Program-made: the position numbers and the translations under genes
DNA from: Parasitella parasitica NRRL 2501
Lineage: Eukaryota; Fungi; Mucoromycota
Direction of reading: 5' to 3'
DNA: 64,000 nt
Assembly: GCA_025201805.1 (NCBI GenBank)
Contig: MU619304.1
Coordinates: forward strand, 78,182-142,181
The notes under the pieces: model-generated
What the model was told of the DNA's origin: nothing
Database searches by the model: none
Seen by the model: only the letters and a program-made list of their open reading frames with translations
Shown here: positions 39,639 through 51,747 of the stretch, piece by piece
How positions within the stretch are numbered: position 1 is the stretch's first letter
Layout of the letters: each line of letters starts with the position of its first letter

Positions 39639-41669
39639 TCATGAGTTTAATGCTGAATTTCTCGTATTTTTCTCTACTATTGTTCTAACGATATCAAAAA
39701 CTAATGCTTCTCCCGGCAGCGGAAAGTTTTTATATAGTTCTGTAACTGGAGGCGTTGATCCTGGAGGCGCAGAAGTGATCATAGAATAGGGCGAGGCGGT
39801 CAATGATACTTGATGGTCAGGCGAGATCCTCTTTGTGAGAGCATACATGTATTCATCCAGCTTTTGTTTTGCCATTTTTGCCATCTTTTCATCGGGGACT
39901 TGCAACAGACTCATGAGCGAATCAATAGAGCGTACTAGAAGCTTGGCTGGTGCTATACGGTACAAACAATTTCAGTGCAAGGTTTCTTTGTCTTTTCTAA
40001 ACGTAGCTTACAATAACAAAAAGTATCCATTTGATCCATTTGTTTCATCAGCAACAGGCACATATCCGCAGAGTGCATAGCTAAATGGATCGCTCTATCC
40101 TTGACAATGTTGTAAATGTTCTCAACGTTCTCTTTGGGCTTGGGCTGTATAAGGCAGCCTTGTATGCTAAGTGTAATTGTGTGTACATAGGAAGCCATCA
40201 AGACTCTGCACACGTCGGTTTCCTTTTCAATGATTTCTTTGCTTAAATTGAATGGCTCTGCGCACATTTTCAAGTCCTCGGGCAGGTTGTGCCACCATTC
40301 GATCACTGTCTCTTCATAACGCACAATCTCTTCAAAACTGAGTTCAGCTACATCGCCTGCTGCTAGTTGTCTTGCCTGCGTCACTACCGCAATGAATGCA
40401 GGATGCAAAGATAATCCCAGTATCAGGTTGAACATTTTGAGTATGTTCTTGATCTTTCGCGACTCATCTGGTAAAATATCAAACTTCACTTTATTCTGCT
40501 TGATTTCATTGCGCTTGTCATGTCTGATGAAATCAATGATTGCTATAGCGCATTCACTGAGGACGCAGTTTCGATGGATGATGGCGTATTTAATTCTAGT
40601 CATTCTCGGTAAATCCGGTCCACCGTGTTTGTATTCAGGATTTTCCTTTTGTAAATTGTTGCATAGTAACAAGGCAACTGAAGCCCACTTGTGCCCTTCG
40701 GCAATTCTCAGTGTCGTTATCATAAAAGGCAGCATGAGGTTAATGGTCAAAACTGATTCTAGGGCCTTTTCTGGATCATCGAATATGTCGACGAGCTTTT
40801 CCATGCCAAGTTCAAAGAAATACTCGCTAAAGTATCTCTTTTCATGTGAAATCAAAAAGTTGTGTTTGCAGGTAGAGATCGCAGAGCAGGTGCAGACAGC
40901 CAGCACAATTGGATCTTGCAGTGGGTTTTCTAGGCTTTCAAAATGCTTCATAAAGGTTGGCTCATGCAAAATAGGTACTGTATCGTTGAAACATGAAAAG
41001 TAGTTGTCCACTAGCCGTCGAACAAGCAATTGTGGTTTCAAAAACGAAGCGACGCCTATTGAAAATCGCTTCGATATAGCTTTTGGTGAAGATACAGATC
41101 TTGGATCAATAACCTCATCTGCCGTTGTGACCAGCTGCATGGCTGTTTTGACAAAGCTCGTATTCATGCGTTCAAATAAAAGCGACTTGGTCTGAAAAAC
41201 GGATCCGAATGGTGATAGATAACGAATAGCAGAGTGTCCGTACATCATAAGCTCCTCCAGATTGCGGATCTCTGTCTGCAGCCGAAGTTGTCCATCCACA
41301 AACCGAATGTCCCACCGAGGCTCCTTCTTTATCAGTGCTTTTTCCTGAGTCAGAGTGAGTTCCAGGGACCGCAGCTGCTTCTCGAGATCTCTCACTTGTC
41401 CGTACAGACAACCAAGCTCATAGTTGCTGGTATCGTCTCCTGTGTCTTCTTCGTCTTCGTCCGCAGAACTGTCTCCTTTGTACTGAAGGCCTTGGGGTAT
41501 GCATTTCCTCCTCATTTTCACACAGCGTTCGCAAGGATCATGGTCATGAAACTTTTCACATTTTCGACGTCTTTGCTTGCAATCTTTTGACGAAACCCAC
41601 AATTAGCTTCCTATGTGCACATTAGAATTTTTACTTATTCTCACATTGACATGGAATCTTTCTCGCCAT
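39639..41669 (-). CDS. Zn(II)2Cys6 transcription factor with fungal-specific middle domain
   Basis: Spliced MARKIPCQ|YCKQRRRKCEK..PCERCVKMRRKC; LVDNYF..PILHEPTF middle homology region; second intron near 39955-40011. Confidence 0.88.
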
Positions 41670-41882
41670 AGTTGAATTGTTTTGAGCAAAAGAAAAACAA
41701 AAAGAAAAAGAAAAAGAAAAAGGAAAAGGAAGAGGTCATGATGATGAATGTTCAACAGCCATTCATACAGACGAAAGCTGACAAGATCATCCAATCACAA
41801 GTAAATACAACATGGCTGCTTCCTTATTAGTAGCCCGCAGAACACCTTTTTCTACTCGGTTCATGTTGAAACAAACACAAGA

Positions 41883-43253
41883 ATGACTTTGAGCGCTTAT
41901 TTGGGCCTATTGTCCCTAGGAAGCACTATACAAACAAGATACAATGCGGAATGCCAAGAGGAGGAGCAGCAAGAGCTCGATGCTCTACGGATAATGGCAC
42001 AACATATATCAGTAGCAGAGATTGACACTGTGTCTGCTGTCAGCATACACCACGCTCCTTCAGAACGACGAGGTAAGGCCAAGATAGCTGCCCTTGTCTT
42101 ACTGTTTAAGCTCATTCTTTTTTTTTTTTTTAACTTTATGACAGTGGAAGTGAGGGAGAACATAACAGGTGTCGTGCTTGCCATAGGCACTATGATAGCC
42201 AATTATTCCCTCTGTTTCCCTATTGTCGCTGCACGCCATCGATTGCAAGCTGTACCTAGGCTTCATAGTTACAGCAGAGATACACCACTATATGGAACGC
42301 ATGTAATCCACCACACTTACAAACATGGTGGCATTCGACGATTATACCCAGGATTTGGCTTAGGACTCATTGGACAAACGATAAGCGCCGCGTACGAATC
42401 AGGACTCAATCAAGTCATGTCGACAGTAATTATTTCAGCAAATAGATCAAGCAGCACACTAGGCACATGTGCGACTTTACTAGCAAAAGGGCTTGTCTTG
42501 TTGATCAACATCCCCCTTTACCCATTGTACCGCAATGCGCTGATTCTCAGAGTACAGCAGTCAACTCAAATGGTGATTTGCAATGCCCATGATTTTATGA
42601 GACTTTACAAACAAGATTTACGAGCATTTTGGCCAGGAAACTCGCACCATCGCCAACTATTGAATGGATTCATACCCTCGTGCATTTTGAATTTGGTCAC
42701 AGAAAAGCTGCTCATTTACATTTATCGGGACATATTCCATTCCTTTTCCAGCAGCTCCTCCTCAGTCTCAAACAACAATACTGCAGAAAATCCAACAACA
42801 AATAGTACAACTGGTGTTGGCGCCGGATCTACATCTACCACATCGTTAGGCGCATCCCACTCCAACAAGAAAAAGAGAGAATCTACAGTGCTGCACACCT
42901 TCTATCCCGAGATTGCGTGTGGCGTGATCAGTAGTATCATAACGCGAGCAGCAAGTTATCCGGTTGAAACTGTTATTTACAAGCTGATGGTGCAGGATAC
43001 TGGAGTTTTGGCAGTGAATACAAATTACAGAGGGTTTTTTGATTGTGTCAGGAGGACATGGTATGAGGAAGGCGGATGGAAAGCGTTTTATCCTGGCTGG
43101 GGCATTGGCGTTTTGGAGATTGGCATGGGCTACATCATATTAGAAGCTTCGTGGTGGGCCTACCGTGCTTCGCAATGGAAACTGCAGGTGCCTGGAACAA
43201 GTGACACACGAACAGTCAGAAAGGCAAGGAAACTTCGAGAGAGACTTTTGTAG
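41883..43253 (+). CDS. SLC25A46/Ugo1-like mitochondrial carrier-family protein
   Basis: FPIVAARHRLQ, FYPEIA, YPVETVIYKLMVQ, NTNYRGFFDCV..EEGG..FYPGWG; probable 72-nt in-frame intron 42073-42144. Confidence 0.72.
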   Translation: MTLSAYLGLLSLGSTIQTRYNAECQEEEQQELDALRIMAQHISVAEIDTVSAVSIHHAPSERRGKAKIAALVLLFKLILFFFFNFMTVEVRENITGVVLAIGTMIANYSLCFPIVAARHRLQAVPRLHSYSRDTPLYGTHVIHHTYKHGGIRRLYPGFGLGLIGQTISAAYESGLNQVMSTVIISANRSSSTLGTCATLLAKGLVLLINIPLYPLYRNALILRVQQSTQMVICNAHDFMRLYKQDLRAFWPGNSHHRQLLNGFIPSCILNLVTEKLLIYIYRDIFHSFSSSSSSVSNNNTAENPTTNSTTGVGAGSTSTTSLGASHSNKKKRESTVLHTFYPEIACGVISSIITRAASYPVETVIYKLMVQDTGVLAVNTNYRGFFDCVRRTWYEEGGWKAFYPGWGIGVLEIGMGYIILEASWWAYRASQWKLQVPGTSDTRTVRKARKLRERLL

Positions 43254-44661
43254 AAAATTATATGACATGCCTCGCTGTTAATTATCTATATATATAAAAA
43301 AGGAATTGCACATTATTAAGGCTTCATATAATTATAAAAGTTCAATCTAAATTTATTCATAATTAGAGGGTACAATACATGGGCAGAAGAGACTTTTCGA
43401 CAGTGCTCAACGCTTCCACTTTGTTTACATTGACGTTTCAAGGGTGTGATAATTATTCAAGTTCAAGCTTGCTACAGCTCCATTGTCCCACACTTGAGTT
43501 GCGATGTGCTTGAAAAGCTTTGACGCGGCCACAACACTGGAATTTCTGTCTTGATTACGGGAGCGATCTGCAGTTGTCAATATTATCCAAGGTCTTGTTC
43601 GAACGTCATTAGTAGGTTTGGACGAAAATCGGTAACAGAGGTAGGTGGACAATCGATCGAACTTGGACCTTTAGTCGGCGTACCTGAGCATGTTCATCGA
43701 ACGGATAGAGTAATTGTTGATTAGAAGATCTAATTCCATCAAATTGTGTATTTTCTTTCATCATTATTTCAATTTCTTCAAGTTTACGTTTTTCAATAAA
43801 AATCCTTGTGCTCCTACTTGGTATGAACCCATTTGAGTTAGAGGCACCGACAATTGGTAATTAATTGCTTTCCAGGCGTGCAGATAAAGTAAACAAAACG
43901 TTCATGGTTTTGGTTCCCAACAATAATTTTTTAGAATTATCATCATCAATTAAGCATAATTCTATATTTTGGTATCTTGTGTTATATCAATGACATGCCA
44001 TAGAGCTTGTAGCAAGATCAAGAGGCTAAAGCCAATGTGCGTGGTAAATCAGGGATTCATTTTACTGACTAATTTTGAACTGGGGGATGTCTCCTTTCGT
44101 TGATGATGTTTTTGCATAGTGCGCATCCAGTGATGGGAGTCTTGAATAGGTCTCACTACCAAGAATAGTAACGACTTGCTTCCCTCCACAGAAACAGCTT
44201 CTTCAACAAATGAGCGCATAGTTAAGCTGCCATTGGATTTAAGGTCCAGCTGCTGTTTAGCCAAAGTGAAGCCTGATCGTTCAACTCGATATAATTTGAC
44301 TTTCCCTACAATGACTATTCAATATGATATTTCGGATTGAACATGGTAGTAAATCGGGTTGGCTGTCTTCATCTCTTTTTTGGAATGAAGATTAGTGGAG
44401 ACGCTTGGTTTTCTACTTGAAGCTTCATCATGCTGCTAATAACTTTTGGTGCAGCCAGCAAGTGGTGTTCTTCCCCTTCACGGTCAACTTAAACCATAGG
44501 CTCCAAGTCCCCTAATTCAGCTATTAACAGTTTTTTCTCTTGCTCTTTTTCAGGTTGCTGTAGTGTATTGAAAGCCGATAGAACTGATGTTTTATAGTCA
44601 TATCTTTTATATTGTTTCCATCCCAGAAAGATTCAGATACATACCAGAAACATAAGCACTT

Positions 44662-45497
44662 TTAACCTTGCAACCAATGTACCAAACTAGCACCTAGATT
44701 TGCTGGGGGAGGGGGGGGGGGCTTTAGCATGAAAAATGTAGTCCAATTCAAACAGAAGGCAGATAATAGGCCAACCGTCAGACCAAGAAGAAAAGCATCA
44801 CGAGGCTTCTTTACAGGTAGTATGTTAAGTGGAGATAGGATCCTGGATGATTTCTGGCATCTGAACGCTGAGGCAAGTAGTGACATGGGCGCGGGAGAGG
44901 TGTACTTTAGGATGGTATGGGCATGGTCGAGGTTTGCCCCCAGGGAGCCAACCAAGACGCCATCGAAGAACCTGGCTACGCTACTCCCAGAGAGCGACGA
45001 CAAGACGAGATGGTCTGAGCATTGAGGCCGGCACAAAGAGTCACATGACTATCCTGGAGGAATTGTCGCTGCAGGGGGGAGAAGGTACAGCGGTCCAGAG
45101 TGTCGAGCTGCTGCGCGCAGGTTTGCCCCAACGGGTTCGCTATCAACTTGTACCATTGCGAGTGGCTGGCAGAAATTTGGAGGTGGGGGGGAGAAGTCGC
45201 TGGAGCAAAGTGTCGTCGGGAAGTTGTCGCGCACGCAGGATGTATTTCGCCTGGAGGATGATGGCTCTGTCTGTCATTGATGGGTGGTGGGCAAGGTGCA
45301 GCATTATCTTAGTGGACGACGTACGAAAACCACCAAAAATCTGCCGTACGCAATCGTTCTGTCCTGCGTCGAGGGCTCTCAAGTTCGTCTTTGTCAGGGA
45401 GCAAATGGCCAGCCATCTTCCATTTTGGAGCGCACCATTTGAGCGTAGAAGCGCATTGACAGTAGCTGTGGGAACCCCTTGGAGTGGGTGCCAATTG
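44662..45497 (-). mobile_element. 5'-truncated, frameshifted 3' end of a non-LTR retrotransposon (LINE)
   Basis: Abrupt GC-rich island; IGTHSKGFPQLLSMRFY..VRSKME, QNDCVRQIFGG..LPDDTLL, RWRLGWLPGGKPRPC resemble post-RT regions of Mucorales LINEs. Confidence 0.7.
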
Positions 45498-46136
45498 CAG
45501 TTAACATCAACATGAGAAATAATTGGGCTAGGTCGGCTCTAGGAATACCTGTCCAAGTAGAGATTGAAAAGAATCGTTCTCCCTCATACAGAATTATCGG
45601 CGCTATACACTGTACTAGTGTTATCCATGTTGTTATGAAAAAACCACCACCCAAAAAGCAAAGAGCTCCAAGAACTCAAACATCGAAGACGGCTAAGCCT
45701 AAAAAAAGAAAGCTGGCAGAAAGCGAAGAGCAAGGAGCGGGTGATATTATTATCGAAGAGCCTACCAAAGAATACGTTGATGTTGAGGAGAGAACCGATG
45801 TTGAAAACAACAAGCCAGTAGCAATGGGTACAACTACTACCCATTTTGTGAAATTTATGAATGAGCTTTTGGATATCAGGGACGCGGATGAGAAAATGGA
45901 GAGTAGAGATTTCAGAGTTAATGTACTTGCATCCTTAATCGCCAGAGCTGAATCCAATTGAGCAGTTTTGGGCTCTTCTTAAAGGAAAAACGAAGCACTA
46001 TAGGTTGATGACTGAAGAAAACCTGTCTCAAAGGATTGCAGATGCCTGTAACGAGGTACGTCTCAATGATCTCCAAGAATTCTGTGGACACTCCAAGCGC
46101 CAAATCGTCAACTGTTATACCAAAACAAAGTTTTAA
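45498..46136 (+). mobile_element. Tc1/mariner (IS630-like) transposase remnant
   Basis: NINMRNNWARS..G.P, IIGAI, GTTTTHFVKFMNELLD; after a deletion/frameshift SPELNPIEQFWALLK..RIADACN..HSKRQIVNCY. Confidence 0.75.
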
Positions 46137-46807
46137 TTATCTTTTTTCTTTGATAAACATTTTACTCATACGTATATTTGTTGACAAACGTTTTAAAAAC
46201 AGACAAAATTTACCAAAGGGTCATGCCTTGCAAAAAAAAACCTTCTTTCATTTGATTACTTGTTTCTTGTGTCTACATTTACCTGTTTTTAATATATCTT
46301 TAATAGACGAAATTTTTGGTTTTTCTAACCTTTTAAATCATTTTATCAATTATATTTGATAATAACAAGTATTGCCTTACAGAGTTTACTGAACCTTTAG
46401 TAGATAATGATATGTTTTACGTGATAAAATACTTTAAAAGCGAAAAACGTTCAAAGACTTCCAGCAAATGAAACTGCTGGGGTAAACGCTTTCAACTCTT
46501 GCTTGCATGCAATAAAACACTGTTAAATGCCTGATACAAATGAAGAACCGTGGCGAAATATCATACAGTAACATGAAAAATATAATAACTCTTGAAACAA
46601 CCATATTCTGAAAAGACTTTAATAGTGTACGAAGAGATCGTGTTCATACATGGAAAGTACGCAATTCAGCCATAAATGGCGTTTCAGTCTGATATATATG
46701 GTCATTTCAAGCATTATTTTTTCCCATACAGTGGTTCAAGTACAATTTGATCGTGTGTTTATATTTTACAAAATGGTAAAACAAATACAAGGCTATTTTT
46801 AACACTT

Positions 46808-47204
46808 TCAACGCCATTCACGATACATTATGCCACCAAATTCCTCTCTACTGGTAGTCATTGGGGAAGAAAACGGGCTTGTTGAGTGAGAGAATTTCTT
46901 ATCCTGAAGCAAGCGCTGCCAAAAATTACCGTCAGAGCATGTCAGGGCCAAAATGTATCACACATTGTGTATATTATACCTCAATTTGATTAGCATCAAC
47001 AAAAGTAGGTAGTTTTGGTGTGCCAGATGGAGTAGCTATTTTGGTTGTTCGATGATGACCTTCATCAAAAGTAACGCCTAAATCTCGAAGAGCAGCCAGC
47101 CTTTCATTTCCTACTGGCATCGAGCGGATGGTCTTTTGCTTTACTCTTTCTTCATACATTGTGTTCTGTTCAATATCAGGATGAAAGTGATTTGATTCTG
47201 TCAT
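46808..47204 (-). CDS. Small hypothetical protein (about 110 aa, 2 exons)
   Basis: ORF MTESNHF..QIE|GTATAA splices in frame to CAG|RLLQDKKF..YREWR*; no recognisable domain. Confidence 0.45.
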
Positions 47205-49181
47205 TTCTTTGTATGTCGTTTGTAATAATATGAAAAGAAGCGAAAAAAGGAAAAATCATGCAAATCATTCTTTTTTCTCTTACATAAATTGGTGTCTGTG
47301 TAGTGTCTGATCTCGGCATTAGTATCACCCATCTCTGTTTAGCATGAGGCCTCACAAAAAAATTTATACAAAGGTTATTTGTCCATTCGCCTATTTATGA
47401 AAATGAGGCACGCTTTTCAAATAGGAAAGATATTTGTTGATAAATGAAAAAAATAAAATAAACATAGAGAATAATTTAGGTATTGGAAATGACGAAAACA
47501 TATGGAAGGCGGTTATTACCGTTTGCCTTGAATTTATTCATGTTTCGGAAGCTAATACGTATTCTAGACTCAGTCATCATGACTCTTTCATGAACAAACA
47601 TTGTCTAAAAAAGGGTCTCAACATGATCCAAGCAAACAAACTAATCAAATCCTAAATGCACAACTTTGAAGTCTAACCAGATCCGAGGCATTTTTGATTT
47701 GACAGTTCACTCCTCAGACTTTTTGACTTGTACTACGAGATAATTCCCTGAAGATCTGACATTGCATATCCGTAATGTAATCCAGTTCACGTCCATGGCA
47801 ACTGCCCAAGCTAGCACACGTTATATAGACAATGTGCTATAATAATGAAGCGCAAATTGCATCTGAATAAGCGCAAAGCTAAGCTAATAAAAAAGCTGAT
47901 TAGAACAACGATCAGGCAACTCGTTCTCATCATGGATCTTATGTTGCGAGTGGATGATAGAAGTAACAGCTTTGTTATTGTGTACTAATATTATGTGAAC
48001 AAGAACTTTTTAACGCCTTCGTAAGACGCGGTGCAGGCCAGCTCGTAGCATCTAAAAGCTTGAAAATTAGGTTTTCTGTTGCCATCTAATTTGTTTGAAT
48101 ATCTGTGAAAAGTTATAGTACTTCTAGCATATGTATAGCAATTACGCCTTATAATGCACAGCAGTTTTTTGACGCCACTGCTCAAATTGTTCAATCTCAT
48201 ATTATCGTGCCACGTTTGATGATAGCGACCTCTCTAATAAAAAATAATTATTCTCTCCTTAATAATGCGATGACCCTATAACATAGTTTCTGAACCTTCA
48301 CTTTACTACGACGACAGTAATTTTCTCCTAAAGCCACTGCAAAGAGCTTTTATTTACCTCTATTTAATGTAATTGATTGTCGTTCAACTAACTGACAATT
48401 TCATCATTACTGCTTATTGGCGTTTCCATTGAATTGATTCCAGCAATGCAGATTCTATGATGGTGAGGTTTATTTGAGTTTGCCATTTTCAAGGGAAAAT
48501 ATCTCTCTACATTGTGCTTCGGAGGATCTCATGCATAAAGTGGCTCTCGCTGTCGCAGGTCTTTACGGATAACACATCTTGATTAAAGTCTTTTATTTCA
48601 AAAGCGATATTTTGGGCAATAATAGTGTGTTTTTATCAAACTGAGAAGATTATCTTTGAATGATTAAAGCTTCCTGATATACTATACTCGAGGGCTTTAT
48701 TAACAGAAACGCCCTTTTCTATATAATTGAGTTGAACAAATAATTATTTCGCTCATGTATACAACGTCTTTCAGCCATGATCTACTTTTCTTCATTGTAC
48801 AGCTATAGTTTTAGGCGGATATAACCTTTACCTGAAGCGAGCTGTTCAACTGAACTAATCAATACCAAGTTGCTGAATTGTTGCAAATTATCAATAATCA
48901 TTATCTTCATGAAGTGTCTGTCAACATCGCGCCCACAGAGGCTCAGATCTTTGATCCCAAATTCGAGCTGTAAAAGTGTCTGGGGAATATATTGCTCTCA
49001 ATAGGGGTTAAAAGACTAGTTCAAGACATCCTCTTGAATTACCTTTTGCACAGTGTTTCAAGTGCCAAATGGCGCTTTCTACTGGTATCGGTGTTTCGTC
49101 ACTTGAGTTTATCAAGTTAACACACTGCAATGCAGTTCTTTTGCTTTTCTTTTGACTTTTTTTTTTCAATAAAATTATCGA

Positions 49182-50755
49182 TATGCCAATAGTCCATGCC
49201 GACAAAGATGTCAACAAATACCTTGTCAGTGCAATTACAAGACTAAAATCGTTGGAATCTGTCCATGTTATCAAGAAAATGACTTCACACTACAACTACG
49301 GCACAGAAGAGCCCTTCATACGCGATCGGTTCGAGATTGAATTGGGCTCCAAGAACAAAATCATACAATGTAAATAATGTTCTGCCATCAATTTCAACGT
49401 ATTTTCATTCATGTTATATACATATACATATATATACATATGTGTGTGTGTATGTATTTCTAGGTCAAGTGGTTTTTGACTCATCCAATTATTATCTGCC
49501 TCCAGATGTCATTTTTGAAAGGTCGGTCGTTGAGCAAGCGTTTGACATAGAGACAGTAGGCGCGCTATTGCCAGCAAGTAATTGGGATTTGAAGAATCAA
49601 GACTGTTTGTATGATTGGTTCGAAAATATGATCAGCAAGTTCAAGAAGGTAGGTTCTTGTTGGAAGTTGTATTGTTGGATGGGCCTAAGCACAGTTTTTG
49701 GCAGCCACCGAAATCACCCACTCCAGAACCAGAACCAGAGAAATCATCCTCGTCATCAAAAAATTGGAACATATTTGATATTATGAATGATTCGGATGAT
49801 GACTTTGTAGCATCAACCAAGAAGAAAAACGCTAGTGCTGATGATTTTCTCCGAGAAAAATGTGTCAACAAGAAAAGGTCTGCCATGGACGAAAAAATCA
49901 AGGAAAAGGAACACAAACTGAAAAAAGCAGCCTCGTCGATGCAAGAATATCACGATTACGACATCTTTGATTTTAACCAAAACGTTGCAGAGGGAAAAGC
50001 AAAGAATTACAATGCAGTAGGATGTAAAAGAGCGAAGATGAGCGATCCAGCCAAGAGCATAGACTTTGGCTCGGGGCAAGCACATAAAAAGATCGATTTG
50101 ATGAAAAAGGAGAGGAAGTTATTTGAAGCGAAATCGAGATCGGTTACCAAGTATTTGGAACAAGGAGAAGAGTTTATGAAAGTATGGAAAAGAAGACTGT
50201 CAGAGTAAGCTTTAAAATTATGTATCGTCAACAACTTTAACCGTTTGCTAATTGTTGTATATATTCACAGTTATATTTTGCAATTTAATGAACAAGACAC
50301 AGGTTCAGTAACAATGTACATGCCTTTCGAGATTGATCAAACTTCAGAGGAATGGCTGCAATACATCTGGGACAAGGATAAAAGTTTAAACGAATACAAG
50401 ACTCAGAACAGAATATCGCTAATCGAAAAGACTTCTCGACCCAAGCCTGTGGCTCCAATGATAGTACACCGTAAGTTGCACTTTCCAATGTTTGTTGCTG
50501 TATATATTGAATTTGTTTTGATAATTAGTTGATCTAATGTCAACTCATTTAAAGGTTAAGCTAATATCCGTCATGAACACGGATAAGCAGAAATCGGCAG
50601 GTGTGGACCACATTGATATTAATTATAGCTTTGATCAGCAGAAATCTGTTGTATCTGAAGTCTGCAGGATTCAAAGTGATATAAAAAAGCAAGCGATTCA
50701 TTTTCATTTATTTCAAAAAAAGGCCGAGGAAATTGAGTTAGCCCTAAAGGAATGA
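49182..50755 (+). CDS. BABAM2/BRE (BRCC45)-like UEV-domain protein with a charged insertion (5 exons)
   Basis: DRFEIEL..CQVVFD..YLPPDVIF..NWDLKNQDCL resembles the BRE N-terminus (DRF.L..IF..LPPDFIF..WN..NPECL); exon phases are consistent. Confidence 0.6.
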
Positions 50756-51747
50756 GGGCACCAATAATGCCGGAACACCCATATACCCCCTTCCCTCCCT
50801 TTCCTAGCAAACGATCCATTTATTACACAGATGAAAATTGATCACACAATACGAAGCTCACATAATCCTTTAAATTGTATGTACATGTTTATATAATATC
50901 ACTGAAAATATATCTATCCGTTTAATCATACACGGGATAAATTACATAATAGACGTTTAACATTAATATGGGGACGAAACTCAAGTGCATGGTTTGTGGT
51001 AATCGACAATGGAACTAGTAAAACTTTGAACATGTACAATCTCCTGCATGATCGTACACAGCTTCTATATTCTCATCTACTAAACGTTATACCAGAGCCA
51101 AGGCAAATGTCTTTCATTCCACTTACCTTATAAATGCATATATTTGTATTACATGATAATCCATGATTTACTTGAAACGTAATGATACACTCGAGACTAA
51201 ATACAAAATATTGCAATGGCCTTATGTAATAGATATGTTGGAAACAACTGACAATAGAAAAAAATGACATTTTCTACATTGACATATGAGAATACGCTGC
51301 ATCAGCCCTCGTCGTGATTCAACATTTTATTCGCCTCGTTTTCCCTAAATCAGCATCGCATAATTAAACCAAACTTGTGTCAATGAAAAGCTACCATACA
51401 TGCGTACAGCGTACTATGCATTATTTTTCCTTTATCCTTCTTTTGCTATCCTCATTATATATCACTGCTCAATTTGTATCAAATACCACTAATAAGTATC
51501 GGCTTATACAAGCAATATTAACACGCAGAGCTAATCAAGAGGCTACTATTACAATTACCAAGCAACGGTTTCATTGTACCACTCATTTATAATTAGCACC
51601 CTTTGCATCGTCCTACCATCATCATCGATATACAAAACGAGAAAAATAAAAGTATATAAACATACATACATACATACATTCATAATGTCGAATACCTCAA
51701 ATACTAAAACTTGCACCCAATTTTGGTTTCTATTTTATTTTCAAAGG

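Noticed and set aside
47400-49100. Coding-like fragments (similar ones at 1-1080 and 38880-39290)
   Set aside because: Many stops and no assignable motif; probably decayed TE or F-box-like sequence.
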